The notes beneath the pieces were generated by a model. The model saw nothing but the letters and a program-made list of their open reading frames with translations. It was not told the origin of the DNA and made no database searches. The position numbers and the translations under genes are program-made. Below, piece after piece: positions 1 through 11,925 of a stretch of 64,000 nt of DNA. The stretch lies in the IMG/VR virus record IMGVR_UViG_3300021255_003627; one strand, given 5' to 3'. The number at the start of each line of letters is the position of its first letter. Position 1 is the stretch's first letter. Origin of the DNA: an uncultured virus (IMG/VR IMGVR_UViG_3300021255_003627). Its lineage: Duplodnaviria; Heunggongvirae; Uroviricota; Caudoviricetes.

Positions 1-2409
1 CCTTTATATTTAGATTATACGTCAACGGGTGGCGTTCAGCCAATCTTGTATCGCCAAGTAGTTCCAAGATATCAAAAACTTCAAGGTTATGTCTTCCAAG
101 ACGAAAACAAGGTTGTGATAGAACCACACCAAAGCAATATTGTTTCTAGGAACTATGATGAGATGCCTGATGCCGATGGCCCATACTTCAATACATATAT
201 TGATAGTAACAGTACTGAATTAAATGGAAATTATTTTGCCGCATTTACTAGAGACGGTTCATATGTCAATACACAAAAAATCGACGGCGTGAACATAAAC
301 ATCGAGAGGAGTCCATCGTTTGCCTCAATAAGCCCAGACATTAGCACTAGAGTCCCAAAACGAAAGGGTTCGGTCATCGAGAGCGGTACAATTAATAGAT
401 TTAGGTTGGCATATGATAAAGGCACGCAAACACTCGAAGGGGATGTCACTAGAAACACGCTACCGTATTTTAGGGGTATGTTTGTTGACAGACGCTTTGA
501 TTACGATTTGGTGATTTTGGCCCCAGTTATGGGTTCTTATTTCACCCTTAACAAAGATAAAGATGCAGAATGGAAAGAAGAGGTTTGGAAAGGTGTCCGT
601 TTATCGGGTACTACGTATAATGGTATAGAGATGGCCTATGATGATGAATATAACATAATATCGGCAAGTACAGAGAACCTCGGAATCAACGAGGGTGAAG
701 ATGGAAAAGTGGAAACGGCATCTGAACTTGGTAGATGGGAATATTCATACACCCTCACATCTAATACCGAATCAGATGCAAAAACAGTTTATAACCTAAG
801 GGGGGGAGACTGTGTATGGAATTCTAAAAACCTATTTTACGATGTTAGTATAGACTCTGAGGATAAGCAGCTTATTAAGCAGTTCTACTCGTCCGACATT
901 AATGGTCTTGATATTAGGCAATTCTATTGGTCTGACTTTAACAAAAAGCGTTTAAGTACGTTTACCAATAGTAGAAGCATCTCAAATGCAGAAAAACCAT
1001 ATGTCTTCAAATACCCGCAAAAACTTCCTAAGTTCTATAATGGTGAATTTAATCGAGAAGATGTTGCCAACAATAAGAATTATCCAACTAGGAGGTATTT
1101 GGATATTGGCAAAATGCCAAGCATTCCGTACTTTAACTTTAATAACACTGGGTGTTCTTATGGCATTAAAACGATGATGACCCAAGACTATAGAATAGAG
1201 TGTAAAGCAACGGAAGGAGAGGTCACAAATATTGAAATTGATTTCTCCAAACCAATAACTATGGTTCAAATGAACGAAGATAATTTAAGTCACGAAAATG
1301 TATTCTATAAAACAAATACAAGAGAACAAGAGAAAATAACGTTTAAGGCAGAAAACGTTAAATTTAGGTTTAAGTTCAATGAGTTCTCTTGCGACAGACA
1401 TGATGTGTACACCAAGACACCAAAAATAATAAGAGTGTTACCGCGTTTCGGTAAAGATGATAAGATTGATGGAATTGGCTATATTAAGTTGTCAAACGAA
1501 GATAATGAATTTCAAGGGCAATATAGTGACGGCAAAACACTCCAAGAAGCAATCAAAGCGGTCACGATATTGGATTTCCCCAACGACTCAAACGACTCAC
1601 TTCCGTTCTCAAGTTTTATCAGATGGAGCGACAGCGGCTATGTTCTTCCAAGCGGTGTAAGGGTGTCAGACAGATATTTCATGAAAAACGGTGAAAAGAT
1701 GAAGTCTAACGACACCGACTTTACGAATATCGAGTGTGTTGCAGTAATGGACAGCAACAAGATAGCCGACACCAAGGTATTCGCTGTATTAATTGAAAGG
1801 GAGTTCAAGGGCAATGAGGATGACAAACTGACAAGAAGGATTGAGAGCGTCGAGTTTTCCGAGATATTCGACTGTAGGGACATAAGTATCGGTTTAATTA
1901 ACGGCATCGACAACTGTTATGTTACGCTCAACAAAACGAGTGATACTAGTAGTAATACGGATGACCAAGGAAACACAAACACCGAGACGACTAACACCAA
2001 ACTTTTCAACCAAATCCTTACATTGACGCTGATATTTAAAACCGATGAGCAAAGTGCTGTTGAGGATTTAAACTGTGAGGCACTAATGGATTCTTCGTCC
2101 ATGTCTTACAAGTTCTTCTTCCGAAACAGCAGTGGTGAACAATTTGAGGTGACCCCGTCGAACATAGAGTTGGAGGAGGGTGATGACATTGTGATGAAGT
2201 TCACCTTGCGTTGGGGTGCTGACATGGGTATATTGTCAGATGGTGTATGGAGAGGTGGTAAATGTAAATGTTCGTTTATGGCGTCGTCAGTGAGCAACTT
2301 CATATATAAGACCGAAGAATTCGCGATTTACGTTGCCGATGATGCTCCGACAAGAGAGCGTATTACCGACCCAGACACACACTATCAAACTATCATAAGA
2401 TTTACCTAA
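1..2409 (+). CDS. Large hypothetical protein, probably virion structural (5'-truncated by window)
   Basis: Frame is open from base 1 to TAA 2409; first of a run of tightly packed giant ORFs; no recognisable motif. Confidence 0.6.
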   Translation, partial: PLYLDYTSTGGVQPILYRQVVPRYQKLQGYVFQDENKVVIEPHQSNIVSRNYDEMPDADGPYFNTYIDSNSTELNGNYFAAFTRDGSYVNTQKIDGVNINIERSPSFASISPDISTRVPKRKGSVIESGTINRFRLAYDKGTQTLEGDVTRNTLPYFRGMFVDRRFDYDLVILAPVMGSYFTLNKDKDAEWKEEVWKGVRLSGTTYNGIEMAYDDEYNIISASTENLGINEGEDGKVETASELGRWEYSYTLTSNTESDAKTVYNLRGGDCVWNSKNLFYDVSIDSEDKQLIKQFYSSDINGLDIRQFYWSDFNKKRLSTFTNSRSISNAEKPYVFKYPQKLPKFYNGEFNREDVANNKNYPTRRYLDIGKMPSIPYFNFNNTGCSYGIKTMMTQDYRIECKATEGEVTNIEIDFSKPITMVQMNEDNLSHENVFYKTNTREQEKITFKAENVKFRFKFNEFSCDRHDVYTKTPKIIRVLPRFGKDDKIDGIGYIKLSNEDNEFQGQYSDGKTLQEAIKAVTILDFPNDSNDSLPFSSFIRWSDSGYVLPSGVRVSDRYFMKNGEKMKSNDTDFTNIECVAVMDSNKIADTKVFAVLIEREFKGNEDDKLTRRIESVEFSEIFDCRDISIGLINGIDNCYVTLNKTSDTSSNTDDQGNTNTETTNTKLFNQILTLTLIFKTDEQSAVEDLNCEALMDSSSMSYKFFFRNSSGEQFEVTPSNIELEEGDDIVMKFTLRWGADMGILSDGVWRGGKCKCSFMASSVSNFIYKTEEFAIYVADDAPTRERITDPDTHYQTIIRFT

Positions 2410-2423
2410 AACTAGTACATAAA

Positions 2424-5400
2424 GTGGAAACAAGGATATTTTTACAAGGTTCAAAAGGCAAGTCTTCAACCAACACTAGCAGTGCGGTGAACGTGGAAGT
2501 AAAGGGTAAGAGAAAACTCTTACCCACCACTGACTATGGTGAGGTATTGAGCCTTTATGAGCAATACTCTGACGAACGAAGGAAATCCAACATAATTCGT
2601 CTCACTTGTCAAGTCAACCCAATTGCGACTAATGTTTTGTTCAACCGAATTACAGAAATCGTGAAGAACGAGGGGAGTGATGACGTCATTTATATCAATT
2701 ACAACCAACCAAATGGTTATCATATTGTTGGTGATTTAAGTTTCAAGAGTAATGAAATATCTTTTTGGAGTGGTCAAAAACAAACACGATACTTTCAGAC
2801 ATTTAGCCCACAATCTGTATCTGACTTTAAAATAGATAAAACGCATCCCACAAATGCTATTAGGGATACGCAATTGTCTAGTTTGGGTTATGTATATCAT
2901 TGTGGAATTGACATATTCAACAACCATTTGGTAAGAAGCAACACATTCAAGACAATCTGCGGATATGGCAAAAGGATAGGCGACTTCAATACCATCGCCG
3001 ACATGATGAGGGAGGTAAACGGCGAGAACGTGAAAGAGAGTTTGTATTTCCCATATGACGCCTTTAAGGGACAAGCAAAAGAAATCTATCTCCACCTCTA
3101 CAAGTACGAGGACCTAGATACGTTTGAGGAAGCCATCAATCGAAAACTAATAAAGAAGTATAACGGTTGGGTCGGATTCAACAACCGTTCAAAGATTAAG
3201 TCATATGAAGTTTTTGCATCTGGAACAGAGTTGAAAATAGAACGTCCTATTATGTATTTGAATGGCGGTGACTTTGTCGATATGTACCCTAGTAGAGACT
3301 TGTATTCTTTTGTCCCTAAGTACAATAAGTTCAAGAAAAGGATTGAAAAAAACTGGAATTACTGCATAACCTACCCAAGTTCGTCTTACACTCCTAGCAA
3401 CGAAGATGATGAATTCTCCGACATTATAGAGACGAATGACGGACTTAACTCATTGAAAGCCTTGTATTTCGACGAAAACACTAGAAGCGACAATGGAACG
3501 ACCCAACTTGTAATCTATGGTATATCTAAGCATGGATTACGACAAGGGGATTATGTGAACATATATAAAACCTATGAGACAAATCTATATTGGGTGGTTA
3601 AAACGGTTGGTGATTACACTCAAGTTGTGTCCAAGAAATATGAGACCGAATCCGAGGCAAAGGACGAGAAAAACATCCTAGAAAGTTATGATGGCGGTAA
3701 TTATGGCATACAATCGCAAGAGGGGGTTCTTGTGAACAAACTCGTCCTTGCAGAGGCTGAGGTGTCTAATGTTGTTGATGACTATATCTTTACTGTTTTC
3801 AACGCTGACACACAGATAAGCAACATGTGGGTGTTACTAACTAAAGACGAAAGAAGAAGTGGCGGTACATTCGATAGTAGGGTTTTCAAGTTTCTGACGG
3901 ATGATAAGCGTTATTTGAATGAGGTTGACGCCGAGGGGCGTCCAGTCTCAGGGAATTACTACATTGTAAACGACACATATGTGAACATAGACAAGAAGGC
4001 CCAGAGAATATCATACAAAAAAACCGTTGGTGGGATTGAGTGTGACTATTACGTAAGGATATTTTCAAGATTGCCAAACTTCAAGTATGCAAGCGGTGAC
4101 ACGTCAAACGAGTATGAGATATACAAGAACGACGAGGAGGTACTGAATGAATATAAAGACATCAAATATGATTTCGACAGCCATATAAGCAGGTTAGCGT
4201 TTGCGCAGAACATCTACGCGGACGAAATCGGAGAAGTTGTTTTCACCGACGACATCGACGTCTCAAACATACATGACAATCTTGGAAGGCCGTTGACGTC
4301 CTTATACTTGACTTTTGTCAAGAACAACAAGGGGTACAAGGAATGGTACGGTTATGACTACCAAACACAAACAACGTGGGCTACGACCCATATCAATTGT
4401 GACAGCGTCGAATATTCGCATGCTTTTGGCAGAATCACTTGTGGTATAAAGACGTCTGATGACGCGGCGTTAAGCGACTCTGTTAAGTCAATTAACAAGA
4501 TAAACAACGTAAGTGGCATAAATTACGGCTACAAAATCGGCGGCGTCATCAATCCATCTTTTAGGACGTATACAACCAAATGTAACGGAAATACCTTGAC
4601 GATGAACGTGAAAGACGAGGAGGTGTGGTATGAGATTGACAAGAACTTCTACGGAGACCTTTGTTACTATGACAATTACAATGCAATTGAGGAAAGCATA
4701 TCTCCTATATTGCATAGGTTCAATACCGCCCAAAGGGAGAGTTCAATGTCTAAATCTAAAGACTATTACGACGCTTTCCTATATGACGAGATAGCGTATG
4801 ACGATTATGACATTTCCTCTAAGTTTACAATAGCTAGTCGCACACAAAATAGTTGTAACGCTTTCAAAGAGGGCTATTACTACGAGCCTCACTATGAGAT
4901 ACCGATTAACACGCTTGCAGCGCTTAAGACTATAGTTCCAGACTTCTTGAACATGAGGGAGTTCAGATATGTTGATAAGGAAGATAAGGTATGTACATAT
5001 AGGATAGTGACCTCAAAGCAGCACTTCTTAACAGTTGGGGATAAGGCGATGATATATGACACATTGCAAGACAAGTACTATAACTTGGAAGTGGTTAGCG
5101 GTGATGGAGACAACTACAACATCTTTACTTGTCGAGTATTTAATGATTCTATGAAATACGATAACGCATTGGGCATAACATTATCGAACAACGGGGTAGA
5201 AAAGACAGTAAAATATATTTCTACAAACAACTCGTTAGGGGAAGTTGAAATCAGCGACTACCGACTTTTCAAGATGGACAATTTGGACGTACCATCATAT
5301 GCCAAGGTTTTGAAAGATGGTACTTGTAGGGTCATTTGGAGGGATGTCATCAAGAATGGGTTTGACACCGATAACGATTCAGTCGAGAAGTATCCATTTA

Positions 5401-5561
5401 CTAACGGAGCGCTTTACATCAACAAAAGGATTGACATACACGTTAGGAGGCAAGACCCATACGACGTATACAAGTTATACGATGAACGCGACATTGAGGG
5501 CAATTACCTTGAAATAGAGGGCGCCGATAATTATATTAAGGACACTGACATAGAATGCTAA
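2424..5561 (+). CDS. 1045-aa hypothetical, putative baseplate/tail structural protein
   Basis: Long ORF with GTG start, overlapping the next gene; function inferred from context only. Confidence 0.55.
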   Translation: METRIFLQGSKGKSSTNTSSAVNVEVKGKRKLLPTTDYGEVLSLYEQYSDERRKSNIIRLTCQVNPIATNVLFNRITEIVKNEGSDDVIYINYNQPNGYHIVGDLSFKSNEISFWSGQKQTRYFQTFSPQSVSDFKIDKTHPTNAIRDTQLSSLGYVYHCGIDIFNNHLVRSNTFKTICGYGKRIGDFNTIADMMREVNGENVKESLYFPYDAFKGQAKEIYLHLYKYEDLDTFEEAINRKLIKKYNGWVGFNNRSKIKSYEVFASGTELKIERPIMYLNGGDFVDMYPSRDLYSFVPKYNKFKKRIEKNWNYCITYPSSSYTPSNEDDEFSDIIETNDGLNSLKALYFDENTRSDNGTTQLVIYGISKHGLRQGDYVNIYKTYETNLYWVVKTVGDYTQVVSKKYETESEAKDEKNILESYDGGNYGIQSQEGVLVNKLVLAEAEVSNVVDDYIFTVFNADTQISNMWVLLTKDERRSGGTFDSRVFKFLTDDKRYLNEVDAEGRPVSGNYYIVNDTYVNIDKKAQRISYKKTVGGIECDYYVRIFSRLPNFKYASGDTSNEYEIYKNDEEVLNEYKDIKYDFDSHISRLAFAQNIYADEIGEVVFTDDIDVSNIHDNLGRPLTSLYLTFVKNNKGYKEWYGYDYQTQTTWATTHINCDSVEYSHAFGRITCGIKTSDDAALSDSVKSINKINNVSGINYGYKIGGVINPSFRTYTTKCNGNTLTMNVKDEEVWYEIDKNFYGDLCYYDNYNAIEESISPILHRFNTAQRESSMSKSKDYYDAFLYDEIAYDDYDISSKFTIASRTQNSCNAFKEGYYYEPHYEIPINTLAALKTIVPDFLNMREFRYVDKEDKVCTYRIVTSKQHFLTVGDKAMIYDTLQDKYYNLEVVSGDGDNYNIFTCRVFNDSMKYDNALGITLSNNGVEKTVKYISTNNSLGEVEISDYRLFKMDNLDVPSYAKVLKDGTCRVIWRDVIKNGFDTDNDSVEKYPFTNGALYINKRIDIHVRRQDPYDVYKLYDERDIEGNYLEIEGADNYIKDTDIEC

Positions 5562-8500
5562 CATACAAGATAAGGCTTGGTAAGGACGATTTTAAGATGG
5601 AAGAAATTGTGTGGGGGGAGAAATACCTCTCACCAGACTTATCGTTCGTCTCTGGCGTCACAGATACGGAATACCATTTAGAAAAATACAAGGCAATACC
5701 ATCGTCAAACTCATTTGCCAACATGGACTCTACGTTGTCCGTGGAATGTGAAAATGTAATGAGGCAAGGCTATATTGTCGTAAAAAACAAAGAATATAAT
5801 GTAATAGACATTAACTCTGTTGACTATGACATTGGCAATTCAGTCAGTGAGGTTTCGGCCAAGGCCCTTTTCATCAATGGGAAATATTTCTACTACAACA
5901 GACTAAAAGGTAGTGACGCATCAGGCTACACCATAACCAATCTACTGACTCTCGACAACGGAACAATATCAGAGTACGTGGTCAAGGAGGCTCTGCCAAG
6001 TGAAAAAGTGATTAAGATAGACACTCTGTATTGGATTGAAGACGGCCATGTAGACATTGATGGTTATAGGTACATATATGACAAGAACGAATCAGATTCT
6101 GGCACATTAAGATACCTTGATAACGGAAAGGCATTGGATGCGTCACAAATCGGTGGCAATCGTTTGGAGTTCCACCCATACCAAGAGAAAGAAATGCGCG
6201 AAGTGACGAAATTCAAGTTGAGGAAAAATGATGTAATGGAATTGGACATCGAAGATGTTTCGTTTTGCCGTTATTACTATTTTGTCACATACAAGGGATA
6301 TGAGTGTCCTATCGTGCAGAAAAATACGGAAGATTCTTATAGTTTTGTGTGTGAGGTTCCAGAAGGGTTGTTGATTGGAAGTGGTATAACTGACAGCAAG
6401 GGGGTCAGAGAGTTTCCATTATATTATATCACGGAGTATGGGGAATATGGCCCTGAGATTAATTATGAGTCAGCAATAAACGATGGATGTTTGATAAACT
6501 CTGCAAACTATTCCGAACATTTGGTGGGCAACCTAAACGATTTGAAAAACGTTTATTCTTTCATCTACATTAAAACGGAAGAAAAAGCATTTTTCAAAGT
6601 CCAGCATGATGTGATGTACGGAAATGACGGCAATGAAATATTGTTGTCAATGGGTAGCGAACATTGTCCGCTAAGGGTCGGCGACAAAGTGAATTTCAAG
6701 GCAATGAACTCCGATTCGCATGAGTGTGCGGTGTTTAATTCCAATGATTTCGATGGAGAGAATGAGGAGTATATCATTCATAACGGAGTTAAATATCTAA
6801 TCGAGCCAAACATATGTGACAAAGCCATCATAAATGATGAGGAATATGTTATTACCTACAACAAAGGAAAAGTGCTTGGCAATGACTGTCTTGTACTCAT
6901 CAACGGAGAAGAAGTGCCTATGAAAATCGTGGCTAGCGGCGGCGGTATGGCGCTTGAGAGGTATGGCAGAATTGTGCGAAGTGGTGTCAAAAGGGCGACG
7001 GATGCAACATATGAGATAAAGCCATACAGCGGTGTTACGATAAACAACGAGCGTTATTTGCAGTATGTACTTGACGATAAGAACAAGTACGTCGTGATAA
7101 ACAAGCCGCTAGAGTATGAGTTTGAAATTATTGAAAAAATGGGCAACTCATCATATGTGTGTGTACCTCACATTAACGATAGGGGATTTACCGATGAGTT
7201 TGTCCGTTACTTCTCAAGGGAAATGTGCTCGCAAGTCGTCAATAACAAAGACGAGTATCTGTTGGAGGCCAAAAACAAGATTTTCGGGGATAGGGAAATA
7301 ACAAGCCTACTAGCGTTCGACAAGGTGCACCAACCGTCATCTAGTGACGACTATTATGATTTGTTCTCTGACTTGAGGATTTATTCAAGAAACGCCTATG
7401 CCTTGCTGCCCATTTCACTGTCAAAGGATGTCGCCATCAATGCACTACAAGAGGACTTGGTCAGACGTGATTTCTTTGAGAAAGAAAAGGAAAGGGCGTT
7501 GAACGAGATTGTCGACATGGAGAAAGACGTGTACTCCCCAAAGTACATAAGCAACGAGTCTAGCGCCCAAAACGAGAATGGGAAGTATCTTGGTTCCAAA
7601 ACACTGTTCAAACCAATAACCGAGATAAACTTTAATCTACATTTCAGGACTAGAGACATGTCATCTTGGAAAATTAATGACGGAAACAATAGAATTGACT
7701 CCAAAGACAAAGCCGACAACTGGTTCATTACGGATTATCACCCGTATTGTGATTTGCTAAAAAAGAAGACTAGCGATAGCAAGAGAACATACGGAAAGGC
7801 ACTGATGGAGGCATCTGATTTGATGGGTTATTTGTTTTTCACGAACGACGACATATTCTACCAGCGAGACAAGGTTGGGAAATCGTTCATAAGGTTGTCG
7901 TATTATGACAGTACTGACCCACAGACACAGTCATTGCTTGCTACGTCATGTGTATTTGTGGATGAACACAAACTTTTCAAGAAGTTTATAGATAACTCTA
8001 GGAAAAACGAAATGACATTCGGTTCAACGAGTAGTCCGACATATGGCGAAAACGAAGAGAAAATATTTACCTTAAACAAAATATCAGTGACAAGTGAGTT
8101 CTTGTGTAATAGAGTAAGCGGATGTACGAATGTTGAATATGATGACTATGAAAACGATTGCGTGAACGCAAGAATAGACAATGAGAGGCATCGTTTAAGT
8201 TCTAGGCTGACACTCAATAACAAATATGAGACAGACACATCATCCGAGGGTTTCTATCTCTACATATTCAAGGAATATTCTGAGAATCTGCACCCAAAAC
8301 CAATATACATGAAAATAGAGTACAATCACGCTGGTATAGGGAAAATATTGCCATTCTTGATACCTATGAAGTGGGAAAAGAAAGATGACAAAGATAGGAA
8401 TAAGATGTACCCGAAGGAGGCATATAGGTTTGAGAATATGAATGACGATGAACTTGTCGAGTTCAAGAAAGGCATTCCATTGTCATATGTCTATGCACAG

Positions 8501-8767
8501 ACATATATACCTATGTATGCTGTATATGACTTCATCAATAAAGAATATGCCTATGTGTTTGATTCTAGATATGTACAAGTAGAGGAAAGCGACACTGGGG
8601 CTACCGTCAACTTGAATCTCTTCGAGTTGAAGGTTAAGGATGAATCAAATGTTCTACCTGAGGAGCAAGACCAAAAAGACATGACGATGGGGAAGCAAAA
8701 ACGAGCAGTCATCAACGTCAACACAAACCAATTCAATAAAGGCGACTTTAACTATGAAGTTGAATGA
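5555..8767 (+). CDS. 1070-aa hypothetical, putative virion structural protein
   Basis: Long ORF overlapping both neighbours. Confidence 0.55.
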   Translation: MLTYKIRLGKDDFKMEEIVWGEKYLSPDLSFVSGVTDTEYHLEKYKAIPSSNSFANMDSTLSVECENVMRQGYIVVKNKEYNVIDINSVDYDIGNSVSEVSAKALFINGKYFYYNRLKGSDASGYTITNLLTLDNGTISEYVVKEALPSEKVIKIDTLYWIEDGHVDIDGYRYIYDKNESDSGTLRYLDNGKALDASQIGGNRLEFHPYQEKEMREVTKFKLRKNDVMELDIEDVSFCRYYYFVTYKGYECPIVQKNTEDSYSFVCEVPEGLLIGSGITDSKGVREFPLYYITEYGEYGPEINYESAINDGCLINSANYSEHLVGNLNDLKNVYSFIYIKTEEKAFFKVQHDVMYGNDGNEILLSMGSEHCPLRVGDKVNFKAMNSDSHECAVFNSNDFDGENEEYIIHNGVKYLIEPNICDKAIINDEEYVITYNKGKVLGNDCLVLINGEEVPMKIVASGGGMALERYGRIVRSGVKRATDATYEIKPYSGVTINNERYLQYVLDDKNKYVVINKPLEYEFEIIEKMGNSSYVCVPHINDRGFTDEFVRYFSREMCSQVVNNKDEYLLEAKNKIFGDREITSLLAFDKVHQPSSSDDYYDLFSDLRIYSRNAYALLPISLSKDVAINALQEDLVRRDFFEKEKERALNEIVDMEKDVYSPKYISNESSAQNENGKYLGSKTLFKPITEINFNLHFRTRDMSSWKINDGNNRIDSKDKADNWFITDYHPYCDLLKKKTSDSKRTYGKALMEASDLMGYLFFTNDDIFYQRDKVGKSFIRLSYYDSTDPQTQSLLATSCVFVDEHKLFKKFIDNSRKNEMTFGSTSSPTYGENEEKIFTLNKISVTSEFLCNRVSGCTNVEYDDYENDCVNARIDNERHRLSSRLTLNNKYETDTSSEGFYLYIFKEYSENLHPKPIYMKIEYNHAGIGKILPFLIPMKWEKKDDKDRNKMYPKEAYRFENMNDDELVEFKKGIPLSYVYAQTYIPMYAVYDFINKEYAYVFDSRYVQVEESDTGATVNLNLFELKVKDESNVLPEEQDQKDMTMGKQKRAVINVNTNQFNKGDFNYEVE

Positions 8768-11700
8768 TGAGAAAGATTCAAAAACAAATATCATTAGAAC
8801 CAATGACATCTAGGCTACCTAGCGTATGGCCGAGTTATATGGGCGACAAACTTTATTTTTTCGACGAGGTTTCGCTTGAAGAAAGGAAGTGGCAATATTT
8901 GTCCAACTATGGCATGATACCGATGAACATCATTGTAACCCCTAGGCCATCAAAGGATTTAAAGAGTTCAGCGTATTCACTCTCAAGTGGTTGCCATTGC
9001 TACGAGGGTGTAGGTGACCATGACTACGACGAGTTGTGCGACTTTGTCTTGTCGTATGAGAACTTTGGGAAGTGGTACCATTTCTTCGTTGAATACTATA
9101 ACCTATTGAAAGAATACGGGCATTGTTCTAGGGTGTATACGTCGGCAGAAGATTACTACAATTATGAGTCATTGTCGAAGTATGCCGACCAGATGGTATA
9201 TGGTGGTGGGCGAGAGGCGTATGTCGATTTGGACAAGAGGTTTGGTGAAATGGGTGGAAATGTAATGGTTACAGTATTCAATAAGGTGACTAGTAAATAT
9301 GCCGAAGTTACGCCGCAGAAAGCGCACGATGAGGCGGAGGATGACAGCACGGCAATCGTTGACGTGTATGATGTTGGGTTTTTCAAATGGCTGTGCGAAA
9401 ACGTAATGCCCTCATTTATCATACCAAGCGATTATTCGGATTATTGGAAAAAAGATGTGTTGTTCTATCCTGACGTCATCGAATGGCTATCTTGGTTTAA
9501 TGCTCGAAACGACAAATATAGAGACCTATACATAGAAGGTGAAAATGGGGAGGTCCCACATTGGAACTGCAAAGACGAAAGTGTTGACGAATGTTGCGAA
9601 TGTGAGGAATACTTCAACCGAGGCGGTGAAAAAATGTTCAACGCCTTAAAAGCGTGGCTCAATGCTGTCCAAAGGAACATAAAGGACAACAAGGTGTACA
9701 TTTCAAATAATAAGGCGTGTTTCATACCAACCGTAATTCACCCAATTCAAATCGAGACATCTATTGATGATTTGGGCGAAAAAAGTATCTTTTCTAAAGA
9801 ATATGAACTCGGAATCGATTATCGGACGGTAAAAACCACAACGTCTGACGATGGGAAAGTCACAATTGATTATAATGGCGGCAATACCAATAGCGGGACA
9901 ACGGCAAGTGTTGATGGAGAGTCAGTGATTCTAAGCAGTGGCGTTGGCTTCAACTTCGACGACGTCTTCATGGAGAAATGGTTCAACAAATGTGAAAAAT
10001 GTTCGTATGAAGGAGTCTTTGGCTCTGTGTGTCCTAAATGCGGGCGTAAGCACTCAAGAGATTGGTATGGTCTTCAAGATGGCAGTTTGTGGAAAAGTTA
10101 CACACGAAAGTACATTGACGACAATATCGATGACTTTGCCGTGAAAGACATAACATTTTATGCCTTCGATGAGGATAACGTCAAATACACCACTGATGAG
10201 ACTCGCCGTGAGGATGCCATGGTTGACTTGAGGAGCCAGATGAACAAAAGGTATGAACTTACGTTGTCCGAGCATGGATGGGTACTGATTGGTGATTCAT
10301 TATATGAGATAGAGGAGAGGGAATATGGCGTGTACGACTCGTCCAACCAATATTTGAGCGGAAAGACATACACCGTCGAGAGGGAAGAGTTTACGAAAAC
10401 GCCCTACACGTATGTCAATGGAAAGAAGATATATGCGGAGTTTTATGACAAGGAAGGCTTGTTCTATTTTCCGTTCTTCAAGAAGAAAGAATCAAAATCG
10501 ACGTGTAGTGGGACCACGTTCAACATTAATGACTATTATACATATAAGCGGAACCAACCAACCGAAAGAAAACTCTGTGTGAACTATTTAGACACGGCAT
10601 TTATAATTGATAGCACTGCAACAACCGTAAACGTTGGAGATGGTCTAGTGTGTTCGAGAATAAGCGGTTATACGCTAGATTCAAACGGAGAATACCTTTA
10701 TTACACTTATGACAGAGAGATAGTGGACAAAGACCTAAATAAGGTGGCGAACGCAACCTTGGACGGCAATTATGTAGTCATACAAAATATCGGGGACTTT
10801 CTTATGTATTCGGTTGACGAAATAACTGGTAGAACAGTTTCAAAACTTTATGACTTGAGACTATTGAACATATTGTACGACGACATTGGGAACGAGATAG
10901 ACGGTATTTACGATGTGTTAAAGAAAGATAACCACCAACCTAGCGAGGGCGAGGAGCTCGACTTGATTTACCAAGTAGGTAATGTTGCCAACGTGAACAG
11001 GTTCTCAATTACCGCAAAGGATTCGAAAGACATAACGTTCGAACAAAACTTCTTTGTTGGGGACATCATCACCAAAATGTCCTTCTACTTTAACGAAAGT
11101 AATCTCGGAAAAATAGATGACCTTGTGGTCGATGTCGTGTTAGAGAATGACTCAGATGTCTATGTATACAATAAAGGTAAAGAACTGAAAAAATACGACA
11201 AACCGAGTGAGTGTTCCTCTTTGTACGCAATAACAGAGGCTCGTAAACTCATGGAGAAGTACCGAGAAGAAAACATACTTGCGGTGTTTGACGAGGATGT
11301 GCATTGTGACATAACGTATTATGTCGGTGCAACATTGATGAGGACGATTGGAAAAAGATTCAACTTGTCCAACGTCTATGACAGAAATAACCACGGTGTT
11401 AGATATGACGAGAGTGTTAGGTTTGCGAGGGAAAACAGAGAATATTACTTGAAAATGCCGAAAAAGATAGATAAGGTTCTGCCACGTGAAAAGAATGTAG
11501 TTGGCAACCACTCGGTAAGTTATCCTGTTGTGGTGTATACTTTAACGCAAAATTTGGAGCGCGTGACAGAGTCGCAGTATGACACTTCGTATGATGTGCC
11601 AATGGCAACGTTCAAGACCAACATAGATATCTATGAGCCATATGGAGGTTCTAGCACGTATCAAGGAGAATTGGACATGGCGAAACGAAACAACATGGAG

Positions 11701-11886
11701 GTTTACCCAACATTCAGGGAGGAGTACCTATTGGGGTCGTCAAGCCTCGAAAATGTAGATGCCGATATTTATATAGACCGAGGCATCAATGCGGCTTACG
11801 AGAAACACATAAAACTCGGAGAGGTGCGTTCTTTGGAGAGTCTTGAACAATACGGCTTAAACTTTTTTAAGATATTAACGAGTTAA
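8764..11886 (+). CDS. 1040-aa hypothetical, putative virion structural protein with internal Zn-ribbon
   Basis: Long ORF; CEKC-x9-CPKC motif and a CCECEE cluster. Confidence 0.55.
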   Translation: MMRKIQKQISLEPMTSRLPSVWPSYMGDKLYFFDEVSLEERKWQYLSNYGMIPMNIIVTPRPSKDLKSSAYSLSSGCHCYEGVGDHDYDELCDFVLSYENFGKWYHFFVEYYNLLKEYGHCSRVYTSAEDYYNYESLSKYADQMVYGGGREAYVDLDKRFGEMGGNVMVTVFNKVTSKYAEVTPQKAHDEAEDDSTAIVDVYDVGFFKWLCENVMPSFIIPSDYSDYWKKDVLFYPDVIEWLSWFNARNDKYRDLYIEGENGEVPHWNCKDESVDECCECEEYFNRGGEKMFNALKAWLNAVQRNIKDNKVYISNNKACFIPTVIHPIQIETSIDDLGEKSIFSKEYELGIDYRTVKTTTSDDGKVTIDYNGGNTNSGTTASVDGESVILSSGVGFNFDDVFMEKWFNKCEKCSYEGVFGSVCPKCGRKHSRDWYGLQDGSLWKSYTRKYIDDNIDDFAVKDITFYAFDEDNVKYTTDETRREDAMVDLRSQMNKRYELTLSEHGWVLIGDSLYEIEEREYGVYDSSNQYLSGKTYTVEREEFTKTPYTYVNGKKIYAEFYDKEGLFYFPFFKKKESKSTCSGTTFNINDYYTYKRNQPTERKLCVNYLDTAFIIDSTATTVNVGDGLVCSRISGYTLDSNGEYLYYTYDREIVDKDLNKVANATLDGNYVVIQNIGDFLMYSVDEITGRTVSKLYDLRLLNILYDDIGNEIDGIYDVLKKDNHQPSEGEELDLIYQVGNVANVNRFSITAKDSKDITFEQNFFVGDIITKMSFYFNESNLGKIDDLVVDVVLENDSDVYVYNKGKELKKYDKPSECSSLYAITEARKLMEKYREENILAVFDEDVHCDITYYVGATLMRTIGKRFNLSNVYDRNNHGVRYDESVRFARENREYYLKMPKKIDKVLPREKNVVGNHSVSYPVVVYTLTQNLERVTESQYDTSYDVPMATFKTNIDIYEPYGGSSTYQGELDMAKRNNMEVYPTFREEYLLGSSSLENVDADIYIDRGINAAYEKHIKLGEVRSLESLEQYGLNFFKILTS

Positions 11887-11925
11887 AGCCACAATGGTGA
11901 ATAAGTTTTTTTTTAAGTAAAACAT